Notes: generated by a model from the letters alone, not told the origin. A DNA stretch of 61,053 nt, filler included, from Globobulimina sp. (GCA_003354225.1; 19 parts of 19 records of this genome joined end to end with filler, not necessarily neighbours in it), one strand, 5' to 3'; numbered from the whole stretch's first letter, positions 12,886-25,663 are shown. Numbers and translations are program-made.

Positions 12886-14487
12886 CAAACAAGGGATGCA
12901 AAACTCTGCCATAGTATGGCAAAAAAAGAAAGATAAGACACTGAAACAATTCTCTTTATTGGATTTGGACCGCATTCTGAACCACACAAATTTATTACAA
13001 ATGAAACTGCCATCGGTTCAGTTGGAACACTATTTGAATGCATGTCGCATCGCTTCCTTATTACGTTTGGATCCCATCAAAGATAAACAACTCATCCGAT
13101 TAAAAAAAAGGATCCAATGGATTTGCATGAAACATAGGTTGAGTGCCGTGCCGCCATTGGACTTTTTTTTGAAACACCGGTATTTATATATTTATATTGG
13201 AAACACTTGTTTTTATATAGATTTTTCTTGAAATTTCACTATAAAATCGACAGTTTTTGGGACGTTATTGAAGATTCCAAGAAATATGGCAATTTTGCAC
13301 ATGTGGTGTCTTTGATTGGTCTGAAACCGTTGGTGTATTTGCCAAATAATAAATGTCCCGGGATCAACATGCTAAAAATCACAATGCCCAACGACCAAAT
13401 ATCTATCTTTGAATCACATTTTGTCCCTTCAACATTATCCAAACACAATTACGCATTTTCAAAAACGTTTGAAACGCAGCAAAACTATTTTCCAGTTTCA
13501 AACTGAACGCGTGCAGCGAGGCAAAAAAAGCCAAGCACAAATTTTCAGTTTCAAACTGCCATTTTTTGGGGTAAATTAATTTCAAACTGGAATGGAATTG
13601 CAATTAATATTGAAAAACACGGAGGCGATGCCGTTGCCGTTGCACATTTTTTTAATTCAGTTTGAAAGCGAATTAATACAAAATGTTTGGTTACCTTTTT
13701 TAAATAATTCAGGTGCAACATGTCCAATGGTGCCAGTTTTGGTCATTCCATTGCTCGATAGCTTGGGCGCTGTGAGATATCCTTTGGTTTTCACGCAGTT
13801 TAAAGAATGGCCGAAATCCGTCAATTTAGCACAGATATATAAACCACCCTTTTTCTCTGAATTGTGGGTGGAATAAATGTATAGCAAAATGTTTAATAAT
13901 TTTAAGTCGCGATGCAAATAATGCAATTTATGCATTTCGTCCAAGCCATTTACAATATTTCGAATGACTAATTTGGCAAAATGCTCTCTGACGGCAGGTT
14001 TGCGCAAACTCCATCCATGTTTGCTGTAGCCGCCATTCACAAAAAAATGGTATGCGTCGGATTGAGCTAATTCGGAGATGGTAATAAGTGTGGCTTCGCT
14101 CGCCAACACACAATGCAATTTGCATATATTTTCACCGGATTGCAAGGCGCGTAAAGTGATAATTTCACGCTCAAATTCTGGCCGATTTGGTACGATTTTG
14201 GCGGCCAATGTTTCGACTTTGGGCTTCTGATTATTTGCTGTACGAACGGGATATTTATAACAATAATGAATGTGGCCGTTGATGCCGATGTTGATGGATG
14301 GACCGATTAAGTAACGATGGCCATCGTATGTGATGAAGGTACCTTCGCCGGGTAGCCATTGCCGAGCACATGTTAAATAATTCCATTTTTGAGATCCAAT
14401 GCCAAATTCACGTGGATTGGTGAAGTGCGGATCACGGTCTTTTGCTGTTGGGACTGTTGGGACTGTTGCTTGTTGTTGTTGTAACAT
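12886..14487 (-). CDS. Ser/Thr protein kinase, multi-exon
   Basis: AAK, HRDLKLLNILL, LTDFG and GTIGHVAPE in 13657-14487. DIWSLG lies in the exon at about 13250-13600, and subdomain XI-like PNPIKR and LHPLF lie near 12886-13050. Confidence 0.9.
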
Positions 14488-14608
14488 TCGATTTTATTTT
14501 AATTGAACAGTGTATAAATTATTATACTTTTTATACAAATGAGAAGGGAACTTGAGTTTTTTTTGAGATATTTTAGCCTATCAAGATATATCTTGCATTG
14601 TTGTTATA

Positions 14609-15571
14609 GTGAAAGTTTTGGTGCTTCGCTTAATGGACTCTGAATGGTGGAAGCGAGTGCATGGTACTGATTTTATATCAGTATTGAGTACCACTCTGCA
14701 ATTATTATTATTAATTGTAATCGTTGTAATTTCTTTCATTTCAATCAAATATGTTTTACTGGAAAAGCTGCGATCATATAAAATATTATTACCGTATTCC
14801 ATATCTATTATATTAATCATAATCTTTTCTTTGTTAACAACAATATGTTCAATATTAACATCAATATTCATGCAAATAAACAATAGATACAATTCATTCT
14901 TATTTGTCGGCTTAACTTTATTTTTTTACAATATATCACTAACTTCAACCTACATATTATTTATATTTCGAATATATTTAATGCTGAAACAATCAATATA
15001 TAAATTATCCATATTCCAAGAAATAATATTATTCGTTTTAGTAATGGCATTAATATCTATTCAAATATATTTACTTTATCTTGTCACTTCACCGGATATT
15101 CATTTATCACATAATTGGAAATTGATTGATATAATTTCATTTATTTCAATGTCTATATTCTACGCAGGTTCGAGCATAATTATTTTTCTATTTGCTACAA
15201 AATTAAAAGTGGTTTGTTGCCGACTTTGTTTCTATATAATTTCCATAAATGTTTCTATATTAATCTGATACTAAAACAAATAGTTATTGGTAAATCCAGA
15301 TTTTGTGGAATTAGCGGATGCGATGACAAAAATGTCATTGTTAATATTATTAAGCATATTCACTTCTGCATTGATTTGGATATTATTATCAACGGAATGG
15401 ATGTTTAAAGACACAAATAGATTTATCACATATTTGTATGACGTATTCGTTGTTATTGATGCTACAATAAATGTATTGTTGACTTACTTATCATTTCCGT
15501 TTGGAATTAATTTATACGAAAAATTATTCCATAAACTACATCCAAAATTTAAACAATGGTGCAAACCATAA
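14609..15571 (+). CDS. Orphan ~7-TM membrane protein, two exons
   Basis: ORFs 14609-15268 and 15287-15571 are joined across a short intron. Architecture resembles 1665-2645 (YILFIFRIY vs YSIYIYRLH; DATINVLLTYLSF vs LDAVCMLFTF). Confidence 0.6.
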
Positions 15572-15822
15572 CAAAATATGTGTGAGGAAAAGCATGCGCG
15601 GCGTATACGCGTTTATATACTATATATGATTTTGTGTGTGTTTTAGTGTGTTGACTTGACTGTGTTCTTATGTCAAAAATGTCTGTTTGTAATGCTTACA
15701 TTTTGTTTCAATTCGTGTGACTACTAATATTTGTAGTTATGCGGAATTTTAATCGAATAGCAATCAAAGGTTGTGTAAGTAAACTTTCTAAAGTTTTTTC
15801 AACAAAGCAAATTCGTGCAATC

Positions 15823-16005
15823 ATGTCCTTCGTTTTGCAGTTATTACACGTTTTTACGCTATTCATTATTACGCATTCACAAAACTATATGTATCATGGT
15901 TCAACCTATCAATTGTCACATTCAGATTGGGAGGCCACATGTCTCTTTTATTATGATACCCATCTAGCATCAATCCATGATAATTCACAACAAGTAGAGG
16001 CATTT
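15823..16005 (+). CDS. Secreted C-type lectin-domain protein (3' partial)
   Basis: Signal peptide followed by LSHSDWEATC...THLASIH. Confidence 0.65.
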
Positions 16006-16105
16006 NNNNNNNNNNNNNNNNNNNNNNNNNNNNNNNNNNNNNNNNNNNNTTAATTAATTAANNNNNNNNNNNNNNNNNNNNNNNNNNNNNNNNNNNNNNN
16101 NNNNN

Positions 16106-18934
16106 AATCATTGTTGTGAAATATTTGCATCTACTGCCCAACATCGTATCGCACAAATCATTGATTATAATACCGGCACCTTTTGGCAAACCGCAGTGAA
16201 TGCCGATAATGATCAATTTAGTTATAACAAAGTCAAAAAAACGCATTGGTTGCAACTCAAGTTTAATGATGGCGCACAAGGACATATTAAAGAGATTGCA
16301 TGGTAGTTAGATGGTGTACGAGACAAAGAATTCTTGCCTTCGCGCGTTGAAATCTATGTTAGTAATACGGATAGCAATGAAGTGCGCATTGGCGAGTCGG
16401 TGATTAGCAATAATTTTGTGGGTTGGCATTATTTCCGAATGTCGTGTATGACGCAATGCACCCAAGATAAGTATAAACCAAATAGTCGGGGCTTGATTGC
16501 AGCAAAATATTGGTGGTTGAAAATCCCGTTGGTACATAATAACGGCTACGAAATGAGATTACGGCAAATGATGATTTATGGTGACGATGAAGAGAAGGAA
16601 AACTATGTGGATAAGGACTATTTATCATTTACACAGAAACGATTACAAGATACATCATTGAAATTATTTCAAAATTTAGTGATTGGCTGTTTATTACCCA
16701 AAAAAAGTAGTAATTCCTCCAATATTAATGGGGATGTTGACAATATAAACGTACCCGTTTCGCACGAATTGGTGCGATTAGTGAGTTCGGACGAACGCGA
16801 ACTATCTGATTTACAGAAAATGGTGTTCGAGTTGACCATTAATGAAATATTAAAACAATTATCTGCCTCCGAGAAGAATGCACAAGCATTTTATGATATT
16901 TTTGAAGAGTCCGAATCATTAAATATGTCGATTGAGGAGAGGCGATTACATGAGATGAGATTAAATGAGATTGGCATTCATGATAAGTATGTTTATGAAA
17001 TGCTATGGACCGTGTTACAAATGGTAGAATCCAGCGAGAAATCATCCATGTTTTTAGCACACAATCAGTTAATAACACCATTGATTGCGTTATTGGCGAG
17101 GTCAACGTCTCGAATGCAAGATATATTATTTCGAATCTATTCCTGTGTATTCATATATTATATCAATGATTATGGCAATAATAATGAAATTATTTATGTC
17201 TCCTTACCAGATCGGAAAAGCACAAAACAGTTTGCAAATAACTATAAAATGCAAAGAAAAAGATTTATATTTTACGATGTTGCGGACTATTTATTATTTT
17301 GTTTAGCATCGTCCATTGGGGCACAATATCGATATCGTGGAATTAACAAAAATTCGAAAAAAGATTTACGAGTCGAAGGCTGGCTGCCGGCCTTTGAGAA
17401 TGATATGGCCATTAAATGTGTCACCTTTTTACGCAAAGAGATGGATTCAAATCTTGCGTTTAAACAGCATTTAGAAAATAAATTAATTGAATATATATTA
17501 ATTACAAAAAAACTAACGCCACAATATTTTATCGATGTGTTTAAATCCGATATTGATTGGAAATCAACCCAAAAAGATCTAACTTATTTAGATTATTTCT
17601 GGTTAATTTGTTGTTCGTTGTGTGTGATTTGCGGTGATGGCACTCCACATTTATTACCGTTGTATGAGTTGAATAAAGAAATCAGCGCTGCCGATGAGGA
17701 CATACAAATTGAATTTAGTGGATTAGGATCTGCCACCATAAAAGTCTCAAATTGTTCTGAATCGGACCTGAAAATTATATTAACTGCCGATTTGATTCAA
17801 TGTAAAACAATTATCACATTTAAAGATACAAAACGGGTCAAAAGATGCAGATTTTGTCAAGAGACATTAACGGATAAAAATCGTGTGAATTGGACACAAT
17901 TAGCAGCGAATGAAGGCGATGAAAAAGAAAAAGAGAAATCAGAATTATCTGCAAAATATATTGAATTGTCTGGTTGTTCGACCATGGTCGATGTCTGTAA
18001 CGATTTAACATTTTGTATTCCAAACGCTTTGTTGTGTAGTCGTGTATTATTGGCCTGCGGCCATGCCTGTAATGGTGTATTTGGGGAAAGTAAATCATTG
18101 CCATGTTTAGAACCGGATTGCAGTGCAAATACTGGTACAATGACTACAATTGATGGGGATACAGACTGTGCCATTTGTTATACAGATACATTGCAAGCAT
18201 CACCATCCATATTACTAGAATGTGGACATTGTTTTCATTTTAATTGTTGTAAAAATATGCTCTCTTCGAAATGGAATGGGATGCGAATAACATTTGGTTT
18301 CAGAAACTGTCCGTTGTGTCGTAAAATAATAAGACATGAAACCTTGAATGAGATAAATAAACCAATTGATAAATTATTCGATAAAATTGTGAAAAAATCA
18401 ATGATGCGATTAAAATATGAGAAATTAGAGAAACACGCCGATATAATCAATGAGTCCGGTCAGTTTTATTCGAATCCGATTGGCTTTGCAATGAAGAAAT
18501 ATGCATATTATTTGTGTTATAAATGTAATGATCCCTATTATGGCGGGGAAGCGATTTGTTTGGCGGCGGGTGTGGATAATGTTAATTTTGATGAATCTGA
18601 GTTAATGTGCCCATCATGTTCACCATTATTAGTGGAAGATTGTCCAAAACACGGCAAGGATTACATTGAATTTAAATGTCGATATTGTTGTCAAATTGCA
18701 GTTTGGTTTTGTTTTGGTACCACCCATTTTTGTGAAGCCTGTCATAATAACAATGGTAAATTAACCAAAACAAAAAAAGAAAATCTGGTGCAATGTCCAT
18801 GTAAACCAAAAAACAGACATGGATTACCAGAAAAATTAGTTGATATTGAAAAATGTCCATTAGGTATTAATCATCCACCTCATGGAGAAGAATTTTGTTT
18901 AGGCTGCGGATTATGTCGTGGTAAAAACTTTTGA
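16106..18934 (+). CDS. MYCBP2/Highwire/RPM-1-like RING-Cys-relay E3 ligase with DOC/APC10-like domain (5' partial; in-frame TAG at 16304)
   Basis: TFWQ..HW..FLPSRV (DOC-like); RING CAICYTDTLQASPSILLECGHCFHFNCC..RITFGFRNCPLC; YAYYLCYKC..YYGGEAIC; CPKHG.DYIEFKCRYCC..VWFCFGTTHFC; HPPHGEEFCLGCGLCR. Confidence 0.92.
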
Positions 18935-19478
18935 CAGCTTCTTTTTTGTTGTTTTTATTTTCTTTTCTTTTGTCATTTCATTTCGTTCAATCATAAAGTA
19001 ATCCATTCCATCCGCAAAATATTTGCTATTTTTAATTGTTTTAACATTGTTTTGCAACACATCTCTCGGCATTGAATATGACGACAGAACAAACAAATGT
19101 TTACGTTCCAAGCTTCCAAAGTGGGGTTTTTAAATTAAATTTACTTTAACTCAAAAACATACGGTGGCCTTTAAAATACCAAATCGGCCAATAGAGTTTT
19201 CCTATTTGACCTTGATTTTGCTCATNNNNNNNNNNNNNNNNNNNNNNNNNNNNNNNNNNNNNNNNNNNNTTAATTAATTAANNNNNNNNNNNNNNNNNNN
19301 NNNNNNNNNNNNNNNNNNNNNNNNNGTATTCCCAATACTGTATTCCCTATTTTTTTACGCTTATATTTCCTATTTTGTTTGCAATTATCTTGCCACTCTC
19401 TATACTGCCTATATTATATTGTGTGTAATTAAAAATATATTGCCTCTAACAATGACTTTTATTGAAGCAACGAATCAA

Positions 19479-21374
19479 CTAAACAGGACTATGTCCTTTG
19501 TACTTAAAATCAGCATATTCCTGCACTACACTCGCAAACCTTTGATCAAGTTCTAACAAAACTGCATCAACGTGCGTGACATTCTTTTTTTGACCCAATT
19601 TATATTGTACCCACCAATCAACAAATCCCATTGCAAACTCACTCCATTTTGTCTTTAAACGCCGATGATTTGGCACATGACTCATTTGCCCCATCCCTTT
19701 CCGTAAATGTTCTTTTGTATTCAACTGTGCCTCATCCAATGTCCATTTTCCGTCTTTCTTTGACCGACTCGATCGATAACCTTTTATCATTCCATGCGAC
19801 AACGGCCGAAATAACTTATTCCGACATCGCTCCCTTATCCTTCTCCGAACCACATAGCTCGATGCCTTCACTTTGCATAATCCAATAACAACATCGTTTT
19901 TATTCAATAAGTACAACACCGAGCCTTCACTCGCAGTCTCTTTACGTATCCCATCAATCACTGCATTCAATTCTGATTTATCATGCAATGAATAGGTCAC
20001 ATGCTTGATACACGACGCGTTCATAAATCTATCTTGTTTTGCAACGCTTGCGTTGGTAAACACATTCATTCCATGTTTCTGTTGCTCATTTTTATGATCT
20101 GCATAATACTTTGCAGCCATTTTATATTTGTTGAATAGATCGAATGTCTTCTTACAATGGATAGGTAAGCCATCCTTTGATGCATTGTCCAACACCGTAT
20201 AAACCTCAATAAATATGTCATTGATAGGGATAATATGCTCCATCCACGGCTCATTTATCTCGCCCATCACAATATATTCATTGCTACTCATTTCATGAAT
20301 GAATTCATCAAATAGTAATTTATCACTTTTCTGCAACGATAGCAACCAATTGGAGTAAATCCGAGCTATCCAACCTGACGGATATAATATATTATTATCG
20401 AAATATGTAACCGAATGTTGAGTGGCCGGCCATATCTGGCAAGTGTTTTTACTGCCCGATACCGCATAACTTATATCATCAAAGCACAAAACGGACAATT
20501 TGCAATTCTCTCCATTGGATTTGCGTGTATTTACAAAGGAAACACAGTCCGAACTCTTGTAGTTTCGGTAAAAAAAAGAGGATGAATTCGCATGCGAGTT
20601 ACTGGCCTCATCCTCGTCGCTGACTATCAAGCCGGTGAACTTAGGGATTCCTCGGAAAAACGCTAAATGGTCAAAGTCTGAGACATTTGCGTTTGATTTC
20701 GCGTTTTTCACATAAATAGCATGGAAACCGCGAGGTATTATTTTCCGCAAAATCAATGAAACTGTGTATAATCCATCATCGGTTATGGTGTTGCCGCCTG
20801 CTTTGGATTTCCATTTTTTGTGCTGTTTTTTTTAGAGTGTTTAAGTTAGAAAATGTAGTAAGGAAATGGGGCGAGGCTCAACTGTTCGACACCAAACGTT
20901 GAATGCTCTGCAGCTTAATTGATATCTTTGAATCGAGAAAGTATGATATGGATACTTATAAGTTACAGTGTTTCCGGTTTGTTTCACGAAAGGATGTTGG
21001 TTTAACAGTTTTAAATGTAATAATTGCCGCGCTTCTTTTGCTTTTTTATCTGTAATACAGTCGAAATTCATCCATTTTTGAAAATCGTATAACAGATTTT
21101 TTTCACATGGCATGCATTCAAAACTATTCACATCAAATGTAAATTTCTCTTCTTGTGTTGCAATTGCTTGTTTTTCTTCTTTTGTGTCTATATTGGTGGC
21201 GCTAGTCTCGTTAGTTAGGTCTTGCATTGCGTGATCATTGCAAACGCTGTCTTTATCCATTGGTTCAAAATGAGCCAAGACATTATCAATCTGTTGTAAT
21301 GCTGACATGATACGAATTAGCTTTGGAGTTTGGACTGAAGTCAGTAACAATTTATACAACATTTTATACAACAT
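19479..21374 (-). CDS. ATP-dependent RNA ligase-like protein (T4 Rnl1/Trl1 adenylyltransferase fold), two exons
   Basis: Intron 20823-20897 joins the two ORFs in frame. Motifs in order: PRG, KFTG, motif I KSNG (Lys codon 20520-20522), GSKN, GE, EGSV, KVK. The start codon is uncertain. Confidence 0.75.
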
Positions 21375-21411
21375 TTTACATAAAATTAAAATAAAATTAA
21401 ATTAAACTCAG

Positions 21412-22444
21412 TTATAAATGAGAGAATCTGTTCAATTGCGACGCAGTGGAGGAATATGAAAACAATCGTGTCGCAATATCAATAACCTCCTCTTGCTCCC
21501 TATTATTCAAATAACTGTCCATTTCCGTCATATGCATGCCATCGACAAGTTCCTTGCTACGCGTCAATAGCGGATGTTGCCTCAAACTCAAAATATCCCG
21601 ATCTCCGTTTATGTTCACCACATGCAACCGTCCATAGCCTTTATTATACACATTGTGCACATCAAACATCATCCCAATCAGACTCAACTTGCCCTGTTGC
21701 ACTCTTTCATTTATCTGATAATCTTCCAACAATCGATTTATTTGATAATCTACGTTTATCTCTCCATAGACATCTAAACAAATGAAATTGCATAAAAACA
21801 ACACATTCAACACATATTAAATTAAATGAAATTGACTAAACTGCATCGATGATCAAACGGCATTTCGTCCAACTTTGCAGAATTTGCCAACGAATCCGCA
21901 AAACGGATCACTCGCACCAACGAAATCACTTCCTGCTGCACCATTGTGTGCAAGAAGCGGTAATCCGAGGCAGCGCTGCGGATCGCGCCGCAATTGGTAT
22001 GTCCCATAATTATGGCATACGGCGTTTTCAACTCTTCCAAGCCGTATCGGAAGGAACCGATCGAATTACAAAACTGATTGCCAATGTTGCGGACACTGAA
22101 GATCTCATTCGGGGCCTCCGCACCCAGCGCACTGGTCGGCGCCCGGCTGTCGCAGCAACTCAATATGGTCGAAATAGGCGTTTGTTTGTCCAAAAAACCG
22201 TACTCTGAGCCGTTGCTTAAGTTTACTAAATCGTGGGCTTGGCACCATTTCTTATTCTCGATGATCACATCATGGATAAAGTTTTTCCGTCTTTCTTCTT
22301 GTCGGATTTTGTCCTTTTCCTTGAGCTGTTCTCTCAGCTGTTCGTCGTGCGGATGTTGTGTATTTTGTGCATTTGCGGTTTCTGTCTTGCTACAAAAGTA
22401 ATGGCGACTTTGATTAAATGGATTTCCCCTCAAGGGGGTTTCCC
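21412..22444 (-). CDS. Beta-class carbonic anhydrase, two exons (5' partial)
   Basis: Zn-ligand motifs SCCDSR and GHTNCG, plus VRNIGN; intron 21774-21841; protein ends SHL*. Confidence 0.92.
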
Positions 22445-22544
22445 NNNNNNNNNNNNNNNNNNNNNNNNNNNNNNNNNNNNNNNNNNNNTTAATTAATTAA
22501 NNNNNNNNNNNNNNNNNNNNNNNNNNNNNNNNNNNNNNNNNNNN

Positions 22545-25500
22545 ACTCGTTGGGTGGCAACTCGTGCACGTTGATGATTGCCTGCGTGTCGCCGGCGAGG
22601 AGCAACATGTTGGAGACCAAGAACACGCTCAACTACGCGAATCGGGCCAAGAACATCAAGAATAAGGCAGTGGTGAACCGGGACCCGCGCAGCAGACAGA
22701 TCTTGGAGTTGAGGGAACGCGTAAAACAGTTAGAGAGGCAGTTGAAGCATGGCGGCAATATTGGCGGCGGTGAGGGCGGGAAGGAGGTGTTGCGCGATCA
22801 CGGTGATACTGCGAATGACGACATATTCCAGCAACAGATTGAGCAAATCAGTCAGTTGCAGGTGGATTTGGGTGATAGTAACAATGAGATGGTGAAGCTG
22901 CAGGAAAAGATTAAGAATCTGCGGCTGAATTTGAGTGAGCTGCAAGATAAGTATTACAATGAAGTGGGCAGTGCCAAGGCCGGCTTGTCGCTGGAAAAGA
23001 GGAAGAGGCTGCAACTGATCGAGTGGGTGAAGGGCAAATACGGTGAGGTCGATGCCGAGATCGGTGAGTTCAGCGTCGACGACGAGAAAGAGATCAAGGA
23101 GCAATGTATGGTGATGGAACGGTTGAAATTGGAAAACAATGCGTTGAAGAATAACAACGAGGCGTTGCAGAAAACAATTATGCGGAATGAATATGGGAAT
23201 CAGCAGCTTGTGCACAATTTGCATGATCAAGTCGCAAAGTTGAGTTGCTACCTTTTTTTATGTTTCTCTTCCCGGCAAATTATCAACGTTGAGACTTGAA
23301 ATTAAATCCAAATGCAATGATTTTTGTTTTGTTAAACAATACAAAATTCGTAGCATTTGGATTTCAAATTAAATGATTTCAAATTCCGAAGTGGTTAAAA
23401 TAAAAACAAAATATTTGCATCAGATTGGTTCGTGGCGACGATATCATGAAAGATAATTTGATATCACCCACAAAGCGGTTTGATATAACTTCACCAGCAA
23501 AGAGGTTTGGCATTGATCAGAATCGTATTTCTGAATTAAGCGTACATTCAGGCAGCAAAAACCTGATATTATTGACAGACGACGATGATGACGACGACGA
23601 AGATGAGGAAGACGATGAATACGAAGAAGAGCTGAATGACAATGATGAGAGTGATGAATGTGATGACGACGACGACGACGACGATAATGACATAGCAATG
23701 ACCGACCCAAATAAAGAAATATTAAAACAAGAAAACAAAAAGAAAGTCAAAGAGACCAACAGTGAACGCGTCAAATTGAAGGAAGAGAGGAAAATCGGCA
23801 AAGGTTTCAATAAAAAACTATTAAAGGAACAAAAGCAGCATCACAAACAAATGGCGTTCATTGAAAATGAAAAGGTGTCTCGCGAACGATCACAGAGATT
23901 AAAATCAGAGAAATATAACCGAGAAATTAACAAAACCACTCGAGATATTTCCAATTTGCAAGTTATGTTAAAATTGCTATACCAACAAAGACAAACTGAT
24001 GCCGGCAAGCAAGTGTTTTACGAAAAACAAGTTGAGTGCAATATGTATTTTTTTTTGTGATCTTGGCATTTTACTAAATTCTGTGTGAAGTTACAAAGTT
24101 TAACGCAAGAATTAGATGACGCCCATCGTGAGGGACGGCTCTACGAAGTGGAAAAATCTAAATTGAACCCGACGGACATAAAAAAGTTGCAAGCGCAGGA
24201 CGTGAAAATCGCAAATTATCAGAGTAAGGTGAAAGCGCTGCACATTCAAATCCGAAGTTACAAGGACAAATTGGGGCAAATCCGCAAATTAGAAGCGATG
24301 CACCGAGAAGATATGCTAAAAATGAATCAAATGACGCGCAAATTGTCCGATTTGAAGAAGAAAAAAGTGAATTTACAGCGCAAATTGAAAGAAGAGAACA
24401 AAGGCTATGTCCGCTGGAAACAGCACACTGAGAAAACCATCAAACAATTACGCAAAATCCAACGCGAGAAAACCATCCAATTGCAGCGAAACAAAACTGC
24501 CTTAACTAAAACCGCCAACGCCTTGAAACAAAAGACTTTGGCTTTGATAAACTTGAAAAAAAAACAACGCGACATGGAATTGAAAAAAACCAAAAACCGA
24601 ATACAAAATAAAAGAAGAGGTTTGGTTTTTTTTTTTTATATTTTGCATCGGCAACCAATCGGAATATTTTTTTTATTTTGCGCCAACCAATCAAATTTTT
24701 TATTTTTTTTTAAAGGCCGGAACCTGAGAAATCGTGGCGGTGGAAATGTGAAACAAATAAAAAACAAAATTGCAAAATTGTTGAGCTCACTCATTGTGAA
24801 ACATCAATTATTTCATAAATACAAATTATTTGATCGCGAATATAAATCATTGCAGCACGAACTGAGAGAGTACGAGATCGGTTTGAAAAACACCAACATT
24901 GTCTTGAATCAATTGAATATGACTCAGAACAACGAAGACGAGCAAGAGATTAATGGCCTAAACGCGGAAAACCTGGAATATGAGCAACGTATCGAAGATA
25001 CGCAGAGTACCATCAAATATATCCGCGAGCAAATGATTGCAATGAGCTACAAAATGAAGGAGAACGACCATAAACGTTGGAAGCAGCTGCAAAATGCACA
25101 GAAAGTGAGCCTAAGCTGCACTGAAAGCGATTTGGAGCGATTCCTGACGATCTCCACTGTGCCGTACGCCAAGATGTGTGTCAATTTCTTGATAAATCAA
25201 CATTTGCGCTTTCGACTAATTATTGATGACTATAAGAAGCAAACTATTCATCTCAAATCGGAACAAAATAAGATTTTGACTGCTGCCGACAATGAGATGC
25301 GCAAAAAAATGGTCTTAATTGAAAAATTGCAGAGTCGCATCCACGAAGAACAACAAAAGCGGCGGTTTGAGCAATTCAAGGAAGCGACCGATACCATCCA
25401 CGATATACACCAACAGCATCACGACAACAATAAGGATAATCAGATGATGGTCGACAATGACACAGACAACGAGACGGATAATGATATCGACGAAGATTTG

Positions 25501-25663
25501 GACATTAACGATAATAATAATGAAGTAATTCCGTTTGATTTACAGGATGAAGCTTCCTTAGATTTGCAGGCGGATTTACGGCGGAAACGAACTGAACTCA
25601 ATGAAAGTAAAAAGTTATTAAATATGTTTTGCTCGCCACAGCAGACACTTTTCACTGACCAGA
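22545..25663 (+). CDS. Kinesin-4 family (KIF4/KIF21/KIF27-like) motor C-terminus and coiled-coil stalk, multi-exon, partial
   Basis: [41 protein letters not shown] followed by long coiled coils. Introns lie near 23240-23424, 24030-24090 and 24620-24714. Confidence 0.9.
23304..23364. repeat. Imperfect 61-bp palindrome inside kinesin intron
   Basis: The 30-nt arms AAATCCAAATGCAATGATTTTTGTTTTGTT and AACAATACAAAATTCGTAGCATTTGGATTT are reverse complements with 4 mismatches. Confidence 0.85.

Noticed and set aside
12896-13506. Plus-strand ORFs 12896-13231 and 13207-13506
   Set aside because: They are antisense to kinase exons carrying DIWSLG and subdomain XI motifs, so they are shadow ORFs.
16304-16306. 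Stop-codon reassignment (TAG as sense)
   Set aside because: Only one clear case; TAG, TAA and TGA all terminate well-conserved genes in this window.
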